A stretch of DNA of 29,105 nt from a virus (lineage: Duplodnaviria > Caudoviricetes), in the IMG/VR virus record IMGVR_UViG_3300017774_008386, positions 1 through 29,105 of that record; one strand, written 5' to 3'. The first letter of the stretch is position 1; each line of letters opens with the position of its first letter. Under the pieces are notes generated by a model. That model saw only the letters and a list, made by a program, of their open reading frames with translations. It did not search any database and had not been told where the DNA came from. Both the position numbers and the translations under genes were made by a program. Positions 1 to 8,129 of this stretch are shown here, one piece after another.

Positions 1-1
1 A

Positions 2-283
2 AAATATGAAGCAGTTTGTCAAAGGCTACAAGAAGTTACTGTTTGGAGAGATGGTAATAAAGATTTAACATTTGATGAAGTTAAACAAGATACTGGTATG
101 TTTGGAATTAATATCCACAAAGCGGGTGTTGATTCTACTTGGGTAGAAAATTGGTCAGAAGGATGTCAGGTGTTTAAACGAGTAAAGGATTTTAATGAAT
201 TTATATCTATTTGTAAAAAAGCTGCTAAAATACACGGCAATCATTTTACGTACACTTTAATAGAGTCAACGGATATTGTTTAA
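2..283 (+). CDS. 5'-partial protein with a YkuD/L,D-transpeptidase-like catalytic motif (putative cell-wall enzyme)
   Basis: Frame open from base 2 (KYEAVCQRLQEVTVWRDGNKD...). GINIH-x(12)-WSEGC resembles the H...SxGC motif of the YkuD fold. Confidence 0.55.
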   Translation, partial: KYEAVCQRLQEVTVWRDGNKDLTFDEVKQDTGMFGINIHKAGVDSTWVENWSEGCQVFKRVKDFNEFISICKKAAKIHGNHFTYTLIESTDIV

Positions 284-284
284 T

Positions 285-1169
285 ATGAAGCAAAGGTTAC
301 TCTCTTGGTTTTTATTATTTTGTGCAATTGGCTTATCTATTACAGCTGCCTATTATAGTATTGTTGGATTATCTATACTATTTGCAGGTGTAGCTATTCC
401 TGTAATTGTAATGGGTTCCTTTCTTGAAATATCTAAAATAGCTATTACAACCTACTTACACGATCAGTGGAGCAACATCTATAAGTTACTAAAAATATAT
501 TTGACTACTGCGCTAGTAATATTATCACTTATTACATCGTTAGGAATATATGGACTGCTATCTACTGGCTTTCAAGAAAACATATCTAAGCTTGAAATTG
601 GAAAAAAACAAACTGCAAATGTACAATTAAAACGAAACCGGTTTAATGAAATTATAAAACAATATGCGGTAGAAAAGTCAGGTTTAGATGCTGATATATC
701 GCAATTAAGAAATGCACTATCAATTAACACAACAACGCAAGCAGTAGACAATAAAACTGGTCAAGTCATAAGTAGAGCTAATACTGGAAATAGAAAAGCT
801 TTTGAGACACAACTTGCAGTAGCTATAGATAATCAGTCTAGGGTTTCTTTAAAAATAGAACAACTAAATGACAGTTTAACTAACCTAGATATTCAAGTCT
901 TAAACATGGAGTCGCAATCTCAAACAGGTAATGAGTTAGGTGCTATTAAATACGTTAGCGAAATAGCATCAATGCCAGTTAAGAAGGTAGCAAATCTATT
1001 TATACTACTTATCATATTTGTATTTGATCCACTAGCTATTGTATTAATTATTGCAACAAACCACTCATTTAAGAACTTAAAAACCAAACCACAAGAGATA
1101 AAAGACAATACGAGTTCAAAGGATTCTACAGTAATGGAAGGATGGTCTGGTGGGGGTGGATATTTGTAA
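285..1169 (+). CDS. Membrane protein: three N-terminal TM helices, a coiled coil and a C-terminal TM helix
   Basis: ATG at 285 just after the upstream stop; hydrophobic N-terminal ~95 aa, heptad-rich middle, C-terminal LFILLIIFVFDPLAIVLII. Confidence 0.75.
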   Translation: MKQRLLSWFLLFCAIGLSITAAYYSIVGLSILFAGVAIPVIVMGSFLEISKIAITTYLHDQWSNIYKLLKIYLTTALVILSLITSLGIYGLLSTGFQENISKLEIGKKQTANVQLKRNRFNEIIKQYAVEKSGLDADISQLRNALSINTTTQAVDNKTGQVISRANTGNRKAFETQLAVAIDNQSRVSLKIEQLNDSLTNLDIQVLNMESQSQTGNELGAIKYVSEIASMPVKKVANLFILLIIFVFDPLAIVLIIATNHSFKNLKTKPQEIKDNTSSKDSTVMEGWSGGGGYL

Positions 1170-1177
1170 TTAAGTAT

Positions 1178-1206
1178 TAGGTTTTTTTATATTTTTTTTG
1201 TATATT
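1178..1206 (+). promoter_or_regulatory. Putative early/middle promoter TAGGTT-N17-TATATT
   Basis: Intergenic; the TATATT hexamer ends 5 nt before ATG 1212; same geometry at 2553 and 3350. Confidence 0.4.
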
Positions 1207-1211
1207 AAGAT

Positions 1212-1415
1212 ATGACTAGTGAGGATTTACTTTTAGATATAATGCATCAGGCCCATGCTATGGGGTTAGGAAGTCGTGTTTTAGATAAAGTTGATGAACT
1301 TACTAGGTATAAAGTAATATACGATTCTAGTGATCGTACAGATTTTTTTGAAAAAGCATTTAAAACAGTTATACATGAATACAATCTCGAAACAGAAAAC
1401 AAAGGTATTATATAA
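1212..1415 (+). CDS. Hypothetical protein (67 aa)
   Basis: ORF fills the gap downstream of the putative promoter and overlaps the next gene. Confidence 0.65.
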   Translation: MTSEDLLLDIMHQAHAMGLGSRVLDKVDELTRYKVIYDSSDRTDFFEKAFKTVIHEYNLETENKGII

Positions 1416-1914
1416 TCCTCAACAAATTGATCAATGCGTATATAATATAGCAATATCAATTAATAAAACATATAAACAGCAAGATGAACACAACGTTGTC
1501 TTCTGTCCAATTTTACAAGGAGTAGTTCCTTTTTTTGCAGATTTAATTAGATATATAGAAATTGAGCCTTACGTAGAATACTTAGGCATATCTTCCTATA
1601 AAGGAACAGAAAAAGGAGATTTTTTAGTATATAAAATGCCTGATCCTAGTATTATTAAAGATAAAACTATTTGGGTATTTGATGATATAGCTGATAGTGG
1701 TGACACCTTGCGTTTTGTAAAAGAAACGCTCATGTCGTACGGAGCTTTAGATGTAAAAACTTGTACACTCTTAAAAAAAGACTCTTGTACATATCCAGTA
1801 GATTTATATGGATTTCCATTAAAGAATGATAATTGGATCCATGGATATGGATTAGATGCACCAAATGGTCGTGGAAGAACTGCACCAGCTTTATACTCAA
1901 CAACCTTAAAATAA
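1375..1914 (+). CDS. hpt: Hypoxanthine/guanine phosphoribosyltransferase (type I PRTase)
   Basis: PRPP-binding loop VFDDIADSGDT, ILQG..PFFADL, ISSY flexible loop, C-terminal GYGLD; ATG 1375 preferred over the track's 1330 start. Confidence 0.88.
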   Translation: MNTISKQKTKVLYNPQQIDQCVYNIAISINKTYKQQDEHNVVFCPILQGVVPFFADLIRYIEIEPYVEYLGISSYKGTEKGDFLVYKMPDPSIIKDKTIWVFDDIADSGDTLRFVKETLMSYGALDVKTCTLLKKDSCTYPVDLYGFPLKNDNWIHGYGLDAPNGRGRTAPALYSTTLK

Positions 1915-2108
1915 TGACAATATCCTTTTACACACAACCTGACGATTTATTTTTAATTCACAGCTACATTACAGACTATAGCGAAAATGACGAAAACGTA
2001 GTTATATATATAAGCAATCAACCAACTAATCCTACAGACGTACTTGTAAGCGTATCAATTGCACAATACAACGAACTTGTGGATTTAGATTTGATAGAAT
2101 GGCTTTAG
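1914..2108 (+). CDS. Small acidic hypothetical protein (64 aa)
   Basis: TAATG overlap with the hpt stop gives MTISFYTQPDD... Confidence 0.65.
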   Translation: MTISFYTQPDDLFLIHSYITDYSENDENVVIYISNQPTNPTDVLVSVSIAQYNELVDLDLIEWL

Positions 2109-2109
2109 T

Positions 2110-2517
2110 ATGAAATTAAAGATTGCATCAAATATTGAAATTAAATTTGTAACCGGAAAGGGTTATGGAGTATTTGCTACTGAAGCAATAAAAGCTAATA
2201 CAGTCATAGAAGAGTGTAGACTACTATCGCTATACAGAAAAAGTAATGCTCAGAATTATGATAGAATTCTACCTAATTATATTTTTGGATATCCTAAAGG
2301 ACCTACCTGGGAAAATGCAGTATTACCTATGGGGTATGGATGTATCTACAATCACAATATAGAACCAAATACAGCTTGGAGAGATCATCCCTGCCGACAT
2401 ATGGCAGCCTTTCAGTTTTTTACTATCAAAGATGTTGCAGCTGGAGAAGAGTTATGTACTTATTACGGAGATTCAACTTACTGGAATAAGAATCAACCTA
2501 ATATAAAAATGCTGTAG
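2110..2517 (+). CDS. SET-domain protein (putative SAM-dependent lysine methyltransferase)
   Basis: SET motifs GKGYGVFA, YNHNIEPN and KDVAAGEELCTYY. Confidence 0.9.
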   Translation: MKLKIASNIEIKFVTGKGYGVFATEAIKANTVIEECRLLSLYRKSNAQNYDRILPNYIFGYPKGPTWENAVLPMGYGCIYNHNIEPNTAWRDHPCRHMAAFQFFTIKDVAAGEELCTYYGDSTYWNKNQPNIKML

Positions 2518-2521
2518 ATGC

Positions 2522-2535
2522 CTATTTATATAAAA
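2522..2535 (+). promoter_or_regulatory. Variant of the putative late-promoter motif (CTATTTATATAAAA)
   Basis: Intergenic, similar to the copies at 5826, 14151 and 27343, but about 90 nt from the next ATG. Confidence 0.35.
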
Positions 2536-2552
2536 ATAAATCTGATTAACTG

Positions 2553-2581
2553 TTGCTTTTCTGGTTTTTTTTCCGGATATT
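2553..2581 (+). promoter_or_regulatory. Putative promoter TTGCTT-N17-GATATT
   Basis: Same spacing and T-rich spacer as the sites at 1178 and 3350. Confidence 0.35.
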
Positions 2582-2627
2582 AATAATAATTAAACTTTAA
2601 ATATTTTTACTAATCAAATTAAAACTT

Positions 2628-2924
2628 ATGATTTTATTAACTATTACCAGTACTATTATTAGCGTAGCATTTATTTATCTTTACTTTAAACAATTAAATA
2701 AGAATAAGGATATTACAGCAAAGTATCAAGCAACTAAAAACTTTGCAGAAGCTACTATTTCAAAGTCGCCAAATATTCAAAACGCTTTGAATAAAACAAA
2801 AAAAGAGCACATTGCGTCTATCTTAGATAAAGTAAGCGCTCATACTAATAACACTACTCCAGCAAGCGAAGGGAAGCCTAAAGCAAATAAAAACCGTCGA
2901 AGAAAACCAAGTAATAAAGACTAA
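2628..2924 (+). CDS. Hypothetical protein with an N-terminal TM anchor and a basic C-terminus
   Basis: MILLTITSTIISVAFIYLYF followed by a K/R-rich tail (KPKANKNRRRKP). Confidence 0.7.
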   Translation: MILLTITSTIISVAFIYLYFKQLNKNKDITAKYQATKNFAEATISKSPNIQNALNKTKKEHIASILDKVSAHTNNTTPASEGKPKANKNRRRKPSNKD

Positions 2925-2927
2925 AAA

Positions 2928-3347
2928 ATGAAATGCTATAAACAATTAGTAAATTCTAAGTTTTTAGCTAAAGCATCAAAGGAGCTTCAGTATGCCCAAA
3001 GCGCAGCATATTCTGAAGCTTCTTTTTTTGAACCACAAATAACTTTTAATAAGTTGACTAGAAGGCGTGTATATGATGATTATATGCAGCATTACGATTT
3101 ATTAAAAGAATTACAAGATACTCACGACTTAGTTGATAATAGAGATTTAGTATTCTATGTACAAGAGGATAATATACTATTTGTTTACAGCAGATCTAAG
3201 TCTATTATAAAAGAAGCGGTACTGTACTCGTACAATGTATATGGTAATGTTCCCCTTCACAAATCAAGACACATAATAAATAACCAAACCTGGTTTACTT
3301 TACTAGTAGACACTAGGTTTGAGTTTCCTGGATCTTCTCCAAATTAA
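2928..3347 (+). CDS. Hypothetical protein (139 aa)
   Basis: ORF tiles exactly between its neighbours; no motif recognised. Confidence 0.7.
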   Translation: MKCYKQLVNSKFLAKASKELQYAQSAAYSEASFFEPQITFNKLTRRRVYDDYMQHYDLLKELQDTHDLVDNRDLVFYVQEDNILFVYSRSKSIIKEAVLYSYNVYGNVPLHKSRHIINNQTWFTLLVDTRFEFPGSSPN

Positions 3348-3349
3348 GT

Positions 3350-3378
3350 TAGCATATTTAATATATTATTTGTATAGT
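3350..3378 (+). promoter_or_regulatory. Putative promoter TAGCAT-N17-TATAGT
   Basis: Intergenic; the hexamer ends 7 nt before ATG 3386. Confidence 0.4.
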
Positions 3379-3385
3379 TATCTAT

Positions 3386-3820
3386 ATGATACAAAAACCT
3401 AAAAGCAAAACCCTAGAATGTAAGCACTGCGGTACAGAGGTTCACGGATGTAGTCCAACGGCAACTGGTATAGTGTGCAGTGAGTGTGTTATAGAATTAT
3501 ATTGGCATCCAGAAGATGCTCCAAAAAAGAAATCAGTAGGATACCCTAAAGGCTGGAAATTTATGAAGCAATTTGTACACAAGGATGGTACAGTGTATTT
3601 TAAAGGAGTAGAACAACCAGATCTTAAAGGTAAGTATGAGATGACGCCTCTTGCTGTAAAGCAGCTAATAGTAAAAAAGAGTAAAACACAAAAGGCCGCA
3701 GAAAAGCAAGAAGCTTTGGTTAAGTTTGCAAAGTTAAAAAAAGAACTAGTCAAAGAGACTAGAGTTACCTATCGCAAAAAAATAGAGATAGAAATAAAAC
3801 GGTTACAAAAACTAATATAA
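3386..3820 (+). CDS. Zn-ribbon protein with a basic helical C-terminus
   Basis: CKHC...CSEC pair and a very Lys-rich C-terminus. Confidence 0.75.
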   Translation: MIQKPKSKTLECKHCGTEVHGCSPTATGIVCSECVIELYWHPEDAPKKKSVGYPKGWKFMKQFVHKDGTVYFKGVEQPDLKGKYEMTPLAVKQLIVKKSKTQKAAEKQEALVKFAKLKKELVKETRVTYRKKIEIEIKRLQKLI

Positions 3821-4563
3821 TGAAACTAACAGCAGAGCAATTACAAGATAACTTCAATAAACTAATTAAGTATATTGATACGCACTTTACTGGAGAACGT
3901 AAAGATCAATTATTAAAATTATATACAGATCATCAAGAACGACTAATGTTAATGCCGGCAAGTGGCAATATAAATTACCACAATTGTTTTCCAGGAGGAT
4001 ATGTTGATCATGTTATACGGGTAATGGATATGGCTATTGTTGTAAATGATATGTGGAAATCTTTTGGAGCTAACATTAATCACACTCAAGAAGAGCTATT
4101 ATTTGCTGCACTTAATCACGACCTAGGAAAGATTGGTACAGAAGAAGCAGAACAATACATACCTAATCCGTCAGACTGGCATAGAAAAAATCAAGGAAAG
4201 GAGTATACAAATAATCCAATAAACTCCTTTATGACGGTACCTGATAGAAGTTTAAAGTTATTAGCAGACAGAAATATATTTGTATCTGAGAATGAGTGGT
4301 ACGGAATTAAACTACACGACGGAATGTATGAAGAAGCTAATAAGCCATACTTTATCAACTACAACCCTGAAAGCGCTCTAAGAACAAATTTACCATATAT
4401 ATTACATCAAGCCGATATGATGGCTTCTAAAGTAGAAAAAGATATTATGGGTAATAAAAAGCAAATACAAAAACCTAAAACAAATACAAGTAAGGTTACT
4501 AAGGTAATGACAGAAGATGAGCAACAAAGTTTAATAAACGTTTTTGATAAACTTTTTAAATAA
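3820..4563 (+). CDS. HD-domain phosphohydrolase (YhaM/Cbf1-like HD subfamily)
   Basis: PAS...YHNCFPGGYVDH, NHDLGK, LHDG and HQADM motifs. Confidence 0.85.
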   Translation: MKLTAEQLQDNFNKLIKYIDTHFTGERKDQLLKLYTDHQERLMLMPASGNINYHNCFPGGYVDHVIRVMDMAIVVNDMWKSFGANINHTQEELLFAALNHDLGKIGTEEAEQYIPNPSDWHRKNQGKEYTNNPINSFMTVPDRSLKLLADRNIFVSENEWYGIKLHDGMYEEANKPYFINYNPESALRTNLPYILHQADMMASKVEKDIMGNKKQIQKPKTNTSKVTKVMTEDEQQSLINVFDKLFK

Positions 4564-4877
4564 TGATAATAGTAGTTATTATACAAGCGGTAATTATTGC
4601 AATACTATCTTATTTAGTTTATGCAAATTGGAAAAAAGCAGAAAGAGCTTCAGAATACTGTGAAGCTTATGTGCGGTTTATTTCTGCTTTATTCTTCCGT
4701 TTCACAGAAACACGAGACAAGATACAAGAAGTAGATAGGTTGGGAGCTTTTAAGGCTGACGACGAAGTAGGATTTATTTTTAAAGAAATAGATCAATCAA
4801 TAGATGATTTATATAAATTTATAACAAAATATGTCAACACAGCAGAAGATAAAGAAGACGAGAAAACCAAAGACTAA
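4563..4877 (+). CDS. Single-pass membrane protein
   Basis: Hydrophobic first 21 aa, then a helical acidic domain; TAATG coupling to the upstream gene. Confidence 0.75.
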   Translation: MIIVVIIQAVIIAILSYLVYANWKKAERASEYCEAYVRFISALFFRFTETRDKIQEVDRLGAFKADDEVGFIFKEIDQSIDDLYKFITKYVNTAEDKEDEKTKD

Positions 4878-5562
4878 AAGAATGTATTTTGGTCCAGAAG
4901 TGGATCTTGAGATTATAAAATACAATAGTTGTGTAGACCCTATAGAGAGAAGCAAGATATACAAAGAGGGAATATCAACCGCGTTTAATAAATTAGTTGA
5001 AAATATTATACACACTTTTAAGTTTTATTACACGGCAGATCAAACAATGCAACAACAGCAACACGAGGTTGTAAGTTTTCTTGTTGAAAAACTTCCAAAG
5101 TTTAAGCAAGATAACGGAAAGGCTTTTAGTTACTTTAGTATAGTAGCAAAAAACTTTTGTATTTTAAAAAACAAAAGCAACTATAAAAAGCTATTAAATC
5201 ACGATAGGTTAGATGTAGGTAGTGATCTAGTAATGGGAACTACCTTTGTTGAGACAGAAGCTAAAGAATTAGAACTTAGCATGTTTGTAACCGCATATAC
5301 AGAATACTGGGACAGTAGAGTAGAAACGGTTTTTTCAAAGCAAACCGATCGAGTATTAGCCTATGCAGTTCTTCACCTCTTTAAAATAAGAGATACTATT
5401 GACCTTTTTAACAAAAAAGCACTTTACATATATATACGAGATATGTCAAATGCCAATACTCAGCAAATTACTAAAATGATAAAGTTTTTAAAAGGTAAAT
5501 TTAAAGTAATGTATAGTGATTATTTGGAGTATGGTTATTTACCAAAAGATAAAGTATACTAA
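4831..5562 (+). CDS. Phage sigma factor, T4 gp55-like (putative late sigma)
   Basis: Region-2-like segment HEVVSFLVEKLPKF..NGKAFSYFSIVAKN recalls the F-x-Y-F motif of gp55-like sigmas; lies just before the structural block; alternative start at 4882. Confidence 0.65.
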   Translation: MSTQQKIKKTRKPKTKRMYFGPEVDLEIIKYNSCVDPIERSKIYKEGISTAFNKLVENIIHTFKFYYTADQTMQQQQHEVVSFLVEKLPKFKQDNGKAFSYFSIVAKNFCILKNKSNYKKLLNHDRLDVGSDLVMGTTFVETEAKELELSMFVTAYTEYWDSRVETVFSKQTDRVLAYAVLHLFKIRDTIDLFNKKALYIYIRDMSNANTQQITKMIKFLKGKFKVMYSDYLEYGYLPKDKVY

Positions 5563-5807
5563 TGTTAATTACCATAGACAAAGATGTACTAGTTAGCGTG
5601 TTGCAAGATCAAATTAAAAATTGGGAAGAAATAGGAGGAGGAGCAAATTATGATGCTTTTGAGTTTGACCCTAAAAAAGTAAATAAACAACAACTATCTG
5701 ATTTAGGTTTTTATCAAAACAGAGATTCATGGATAGCAGGAGTGCAAATACAAAAAGCACAACAATACCTTAATCAAATAATAGAAACGCCAAAAATTAA
5801 AATTTAG
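5562..5807 (+). CDS. Hypothetical protein (81 aa)
   Basis: TAATG coupling to the sigma gene. Confidence 0.7.
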   Translation: MLITIDKDVLVSVLQDQIKNWEEIGGGANYDAFEFDPKKVNKQQLSDLGFYQNRDSWIAGVQIQKAQQYLNQIIETPKIKI

Positions 5808-5825
5808 CATTATTTTTTGTTTAAG

Positions 5826-5840
5826 CTATTTATTATAAAA
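5826..5840 (+). promoter_or_regulatory. Putative late promoter CTATTTATTATAAAA
   Basis: 14/15 match to the copies at 14151 and 27343; 6 nt before ATG 5847 at the start of the structural block. Confidence 0.6.
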
Positions 5841-5846
5841 CTAGCC

Positions 5847-6191
5847 ATGGATAAAGATAGTAAATTATTTGACGATAAAACATTCTCAGACCTTTTGAGG
5901 GATGTTTATACTAACAGCAAAAAAAAAGAGGCACAAATTGATGGTTTAATAGATCAACTTAAACCAATGATTAAAAGTATGACAGATGCCTCTATAATGG
6001 TGCCTCTCGTAAAAGAATACATGGAGGTCTCAGTAAAGAATGATGACAACCTTATTCGCTTAACAGCAATAGTTCAGCGATTACTGGTGGTTTCTGATAA
6101 AGGAGCTTCTAAAGATGAACTTGGATTAACAGAAGCTGAAAGAACACAACTACTTTCAGAAGCTCAAGAATTAATAGACAATAGCAAGTAA
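5847..6191 (+). CDS. Small all-helical phage protein of unknown function
   Basis: ATG 5847 follows the promoter motif (the track's TTG 5817 is less likely); amphipathic helices. Confidence 0.75.
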   Translation: MDKDSKLFDDKTFSDLLRDVYTNSKKKEAQIDGLIDQLKPMIKSMTDASIMVPLVKEYMEVSVKNDDNLIRLTAIVQRLLVVSDKGASKDELGLTEAERTQLLSEAQELIDNSK

Positions 6192-7132
6192 TGAGTTTTT
6201 TCGATTTCTTTTCAGACGGAGGTGGCGCTAGTCCAATAATCCCTTCACCAATAAGAAGGAAGATAGTTCCTGGTCACGTTATTGATATAATACTAGACGA
6301 GGACCACATTGACTATGAAACTATTGCTGATATTGGAAAAATAAAATATCGTGATTTAGAAAATGGACTTCCGTTTAGTCCAAAAGTTGAAGCAGGTCTT
6401 ACAACTTATGCATTTCCAATGGATAGATCTATTACAAGATTTCCAATTCCAGGTGAGCAAGTTATGATCTTTGAAGCCTTTGGAGATCAGCTAAAACCAA
6501 ACGGTTCTGCGCTAGCAAAAATAGCATACTATACTTTTACCGTACCAACAACGCACAACATTACTTCAAACTCATCACCATTCCTACTATCAAACGTAGA
6601 TACAATTGAGTATAATCGAAGAGTAAACAAAACAACAGCATCAAAACGTTTTGAAAAAAAATGGAAAGATAAAAAGAGCTTTAAAGAAGGAGATGATATT
6701 AAAATATATCCACAACTACGGCCTTACGAAGGTGACTTTATTTTACAAGGAAGGTTTGGAAATAGTATTAGATTTGGATCTACATCCGAAAAAGAAAAAA
6801 AAGGAGAAGTTAAGCCATGGAAAAGTGTAGGAGCATCAGGAGATCCTATATTAACTTTTCGTATAAACAGAGAGTCTGTGACTGAGAGAGATTCAATGTA
6901 TACTAAAGAGGATTGGGAAAAAGACGATGTATCAATGTATTTTTGTTCTTCACAAAATATAGAAATAACACTACAGACGCCACCAAGGCTTAAAACGTGG
7001 GAAAACATATATAATGTAAAAACAGGAATAACACCATCTGTAAGTAAATTGGATGAAGGGTTGTATAGTAAGGTTATTGATACAACTGTAGATCCACATA
7101 AAGAGCTAGAAGATCCAAAAGATCCAAGTTAA
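6191..7132 (+). CDS. Baseplate spike (gp5-like), N-terminal part: OB-fold plus first beta-strands
   Basis: GHVIDII..IGKIKY..AFP...FPIPGEQVMIF fits the gp5/gpV OB-fold pattern, followed by YEGDFILQGRFGNSIRFGS; upstream of gp25/gp6. Confidence 0.6.
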   Translation: MSFFDFFSDGGGASPIIPSPIRRKIVPGHVIDIILDEDHIDYETIADIGKIKYRDLENGLPFSPKVEAGLTTYAFPMDRSITRFPIPGEQVMIFEAFGDQLKPNGSALAKIAYYTFTVPTTHNITSNSSPFLLSNVDTIEYNRRVNKTTASKRFEKKWKDKKSFKEGDDIKIYPQLRPYEGDFILQGRFGNSIRFGSTSEKEKKGEVKPWKSVGASGDPILTFRINRESVTERDSMYTKEDWEKDDVSMYFCSSQNIEITLQTPPRLKTWENIYNVKTGITPSVSKLDEGLYSKVIDTTVDPHKELEDPKDPS

Positions 7133-7150
7133 TAATATAAATAAAATAAT

Positions 7151-8119
7151 ATGTCTGGAACACCACCACTTGTAGAATCTGGTTTTCAAAAACAACTAAA
7201 AGATCTAGCTAACGCAATAGATAGTAATTATCAAAAGATAGTTAATATGTATGTAACTAATGCTTTGAAGGGAGCAGGTGTTACACCTAAAATTCGAATA
7301 GATACACTAAAAGCATTAGCACAAAACTTTCTTGTTCCTCAAGTTCAAAAATTTGAAGGAGGTTGGGGTGAGCATCCCAACGACTCTGGAGGGCCAACTA
7401 TGAGAGGAGTTATTTCCTCAACTTTTCAAGGAGGGTACAAGAGTCTATTTATAGATGCTCCAAAAGCTGCAGGTTTACCAAATATTAGCGCTATGGCGGA
7501 GAATATTATGAAGAAGTATCCTGGAGTAGCGAAGGGTGACAAAAAGAGCGCTGAAGTTAAAGGAGCTCTATATACGTTATTAACTAGCGAAAAAGTTGCA
7601 TCACTATTTATTTGGAAATTCTTATGTCAAGAAAGTACAGGGTATCCTATAGTTGTAATGGGAGAAGATGCGTGGTTGGGTTATATTCAATTTGAAATGG
7701 CTTGGGGAGGAGGACCGGGTTCTGTTTTTGGGGATTCAGGAAAAGCATATTACGATGGCGTAGCAAAAAAGTCTTTTGGAAGAAAGGGTATGGGAACTCC
7801 TGGTTGGACAAAGTGGCTATCTGAAACTCTAGGAGAAGATAAAATTCCAGAATTTGCTATTGCATGTTTTTCATCTCAAATTGGATTTTTTGATAGAATA
7901 AGTAGACCAGGTAATAAGAATAATGTTTTTCGAAAAGGTTGGTTTAATCGACTATTAAACAACCCAACATCAGCACTAAAGATGTGTATTATTATTAATG
8001 AGGTTTTTAATAAAAACTCAACTGGAATGTTCAAATTTGACGAAAACGAAAAAAAGTTCTTATTAAAAAAAGCTAAAATATACGAATCGTTACAGATATC
8101 ATACCCGGTAGGTGTGTAA
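7151..8119 (+). CDS. Glycoside hydrolase family 108 lysozyme with a C-terminal peptidoglycan-binding motif
   Basis: EGGWGEHPNDSGGPTMRGV (7355 onward) matches GH108 EGG..D.GG.T..G; C-terminal FRKGWFNR. Confidence 0.8.
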   Translation: MSGTPPLVESGFQKQLKDLANAIDSNYQKIVNMYVTNALKGAGVTPKIRIDTLKALAQNFLVPQVQKFEGGWGEHPNDSGGPTMRGVISSTFQGGYKSLFIDAPKAAGLPNISAMAENIMKKYPGVAKGDKKSAEVKGALYTLLTSEKVASLFIWKFLCQESTGYPIVVMGEDAWLGYIQFEMAWGGGPGSVFGDSGKAYYDGVAKKSFGRKGMGTPGWTKWLSETLGEDKIPEFAIACFSSQIGFFDRISRPGNKNNVFRKGWFNRLLNNPTSALKMCIIINEVFNKNSTGMFKFDENEKKFLLKKAKIYESLQISYPVGV

Positions 8120-8129
8120 ATAAAACAAG

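Noticed and set aside
1375-4563. Aminoadenine (Z-base) or other modified-base pathway from hpt plus the HD protein
   Set aside because: The HD protein has YhaM-like motifs and no purZ/mazZ or polymerase gene is in the window
5805-5849. In-frame TAG readthrough joining the 5562 and 5847 ORFs
   Set aside because: The intervening DNA holds the late-promoter motif and looks non-coding
5847-6191. Small terminase subunit
   Set aside because: Only size and helicity fit; no large terminase or portal gene is adjacent
7604-7611. CTATTTAT inside the GH108 gene
   Set aside because: Lacks the ATAAAA extension and a nearby start codon
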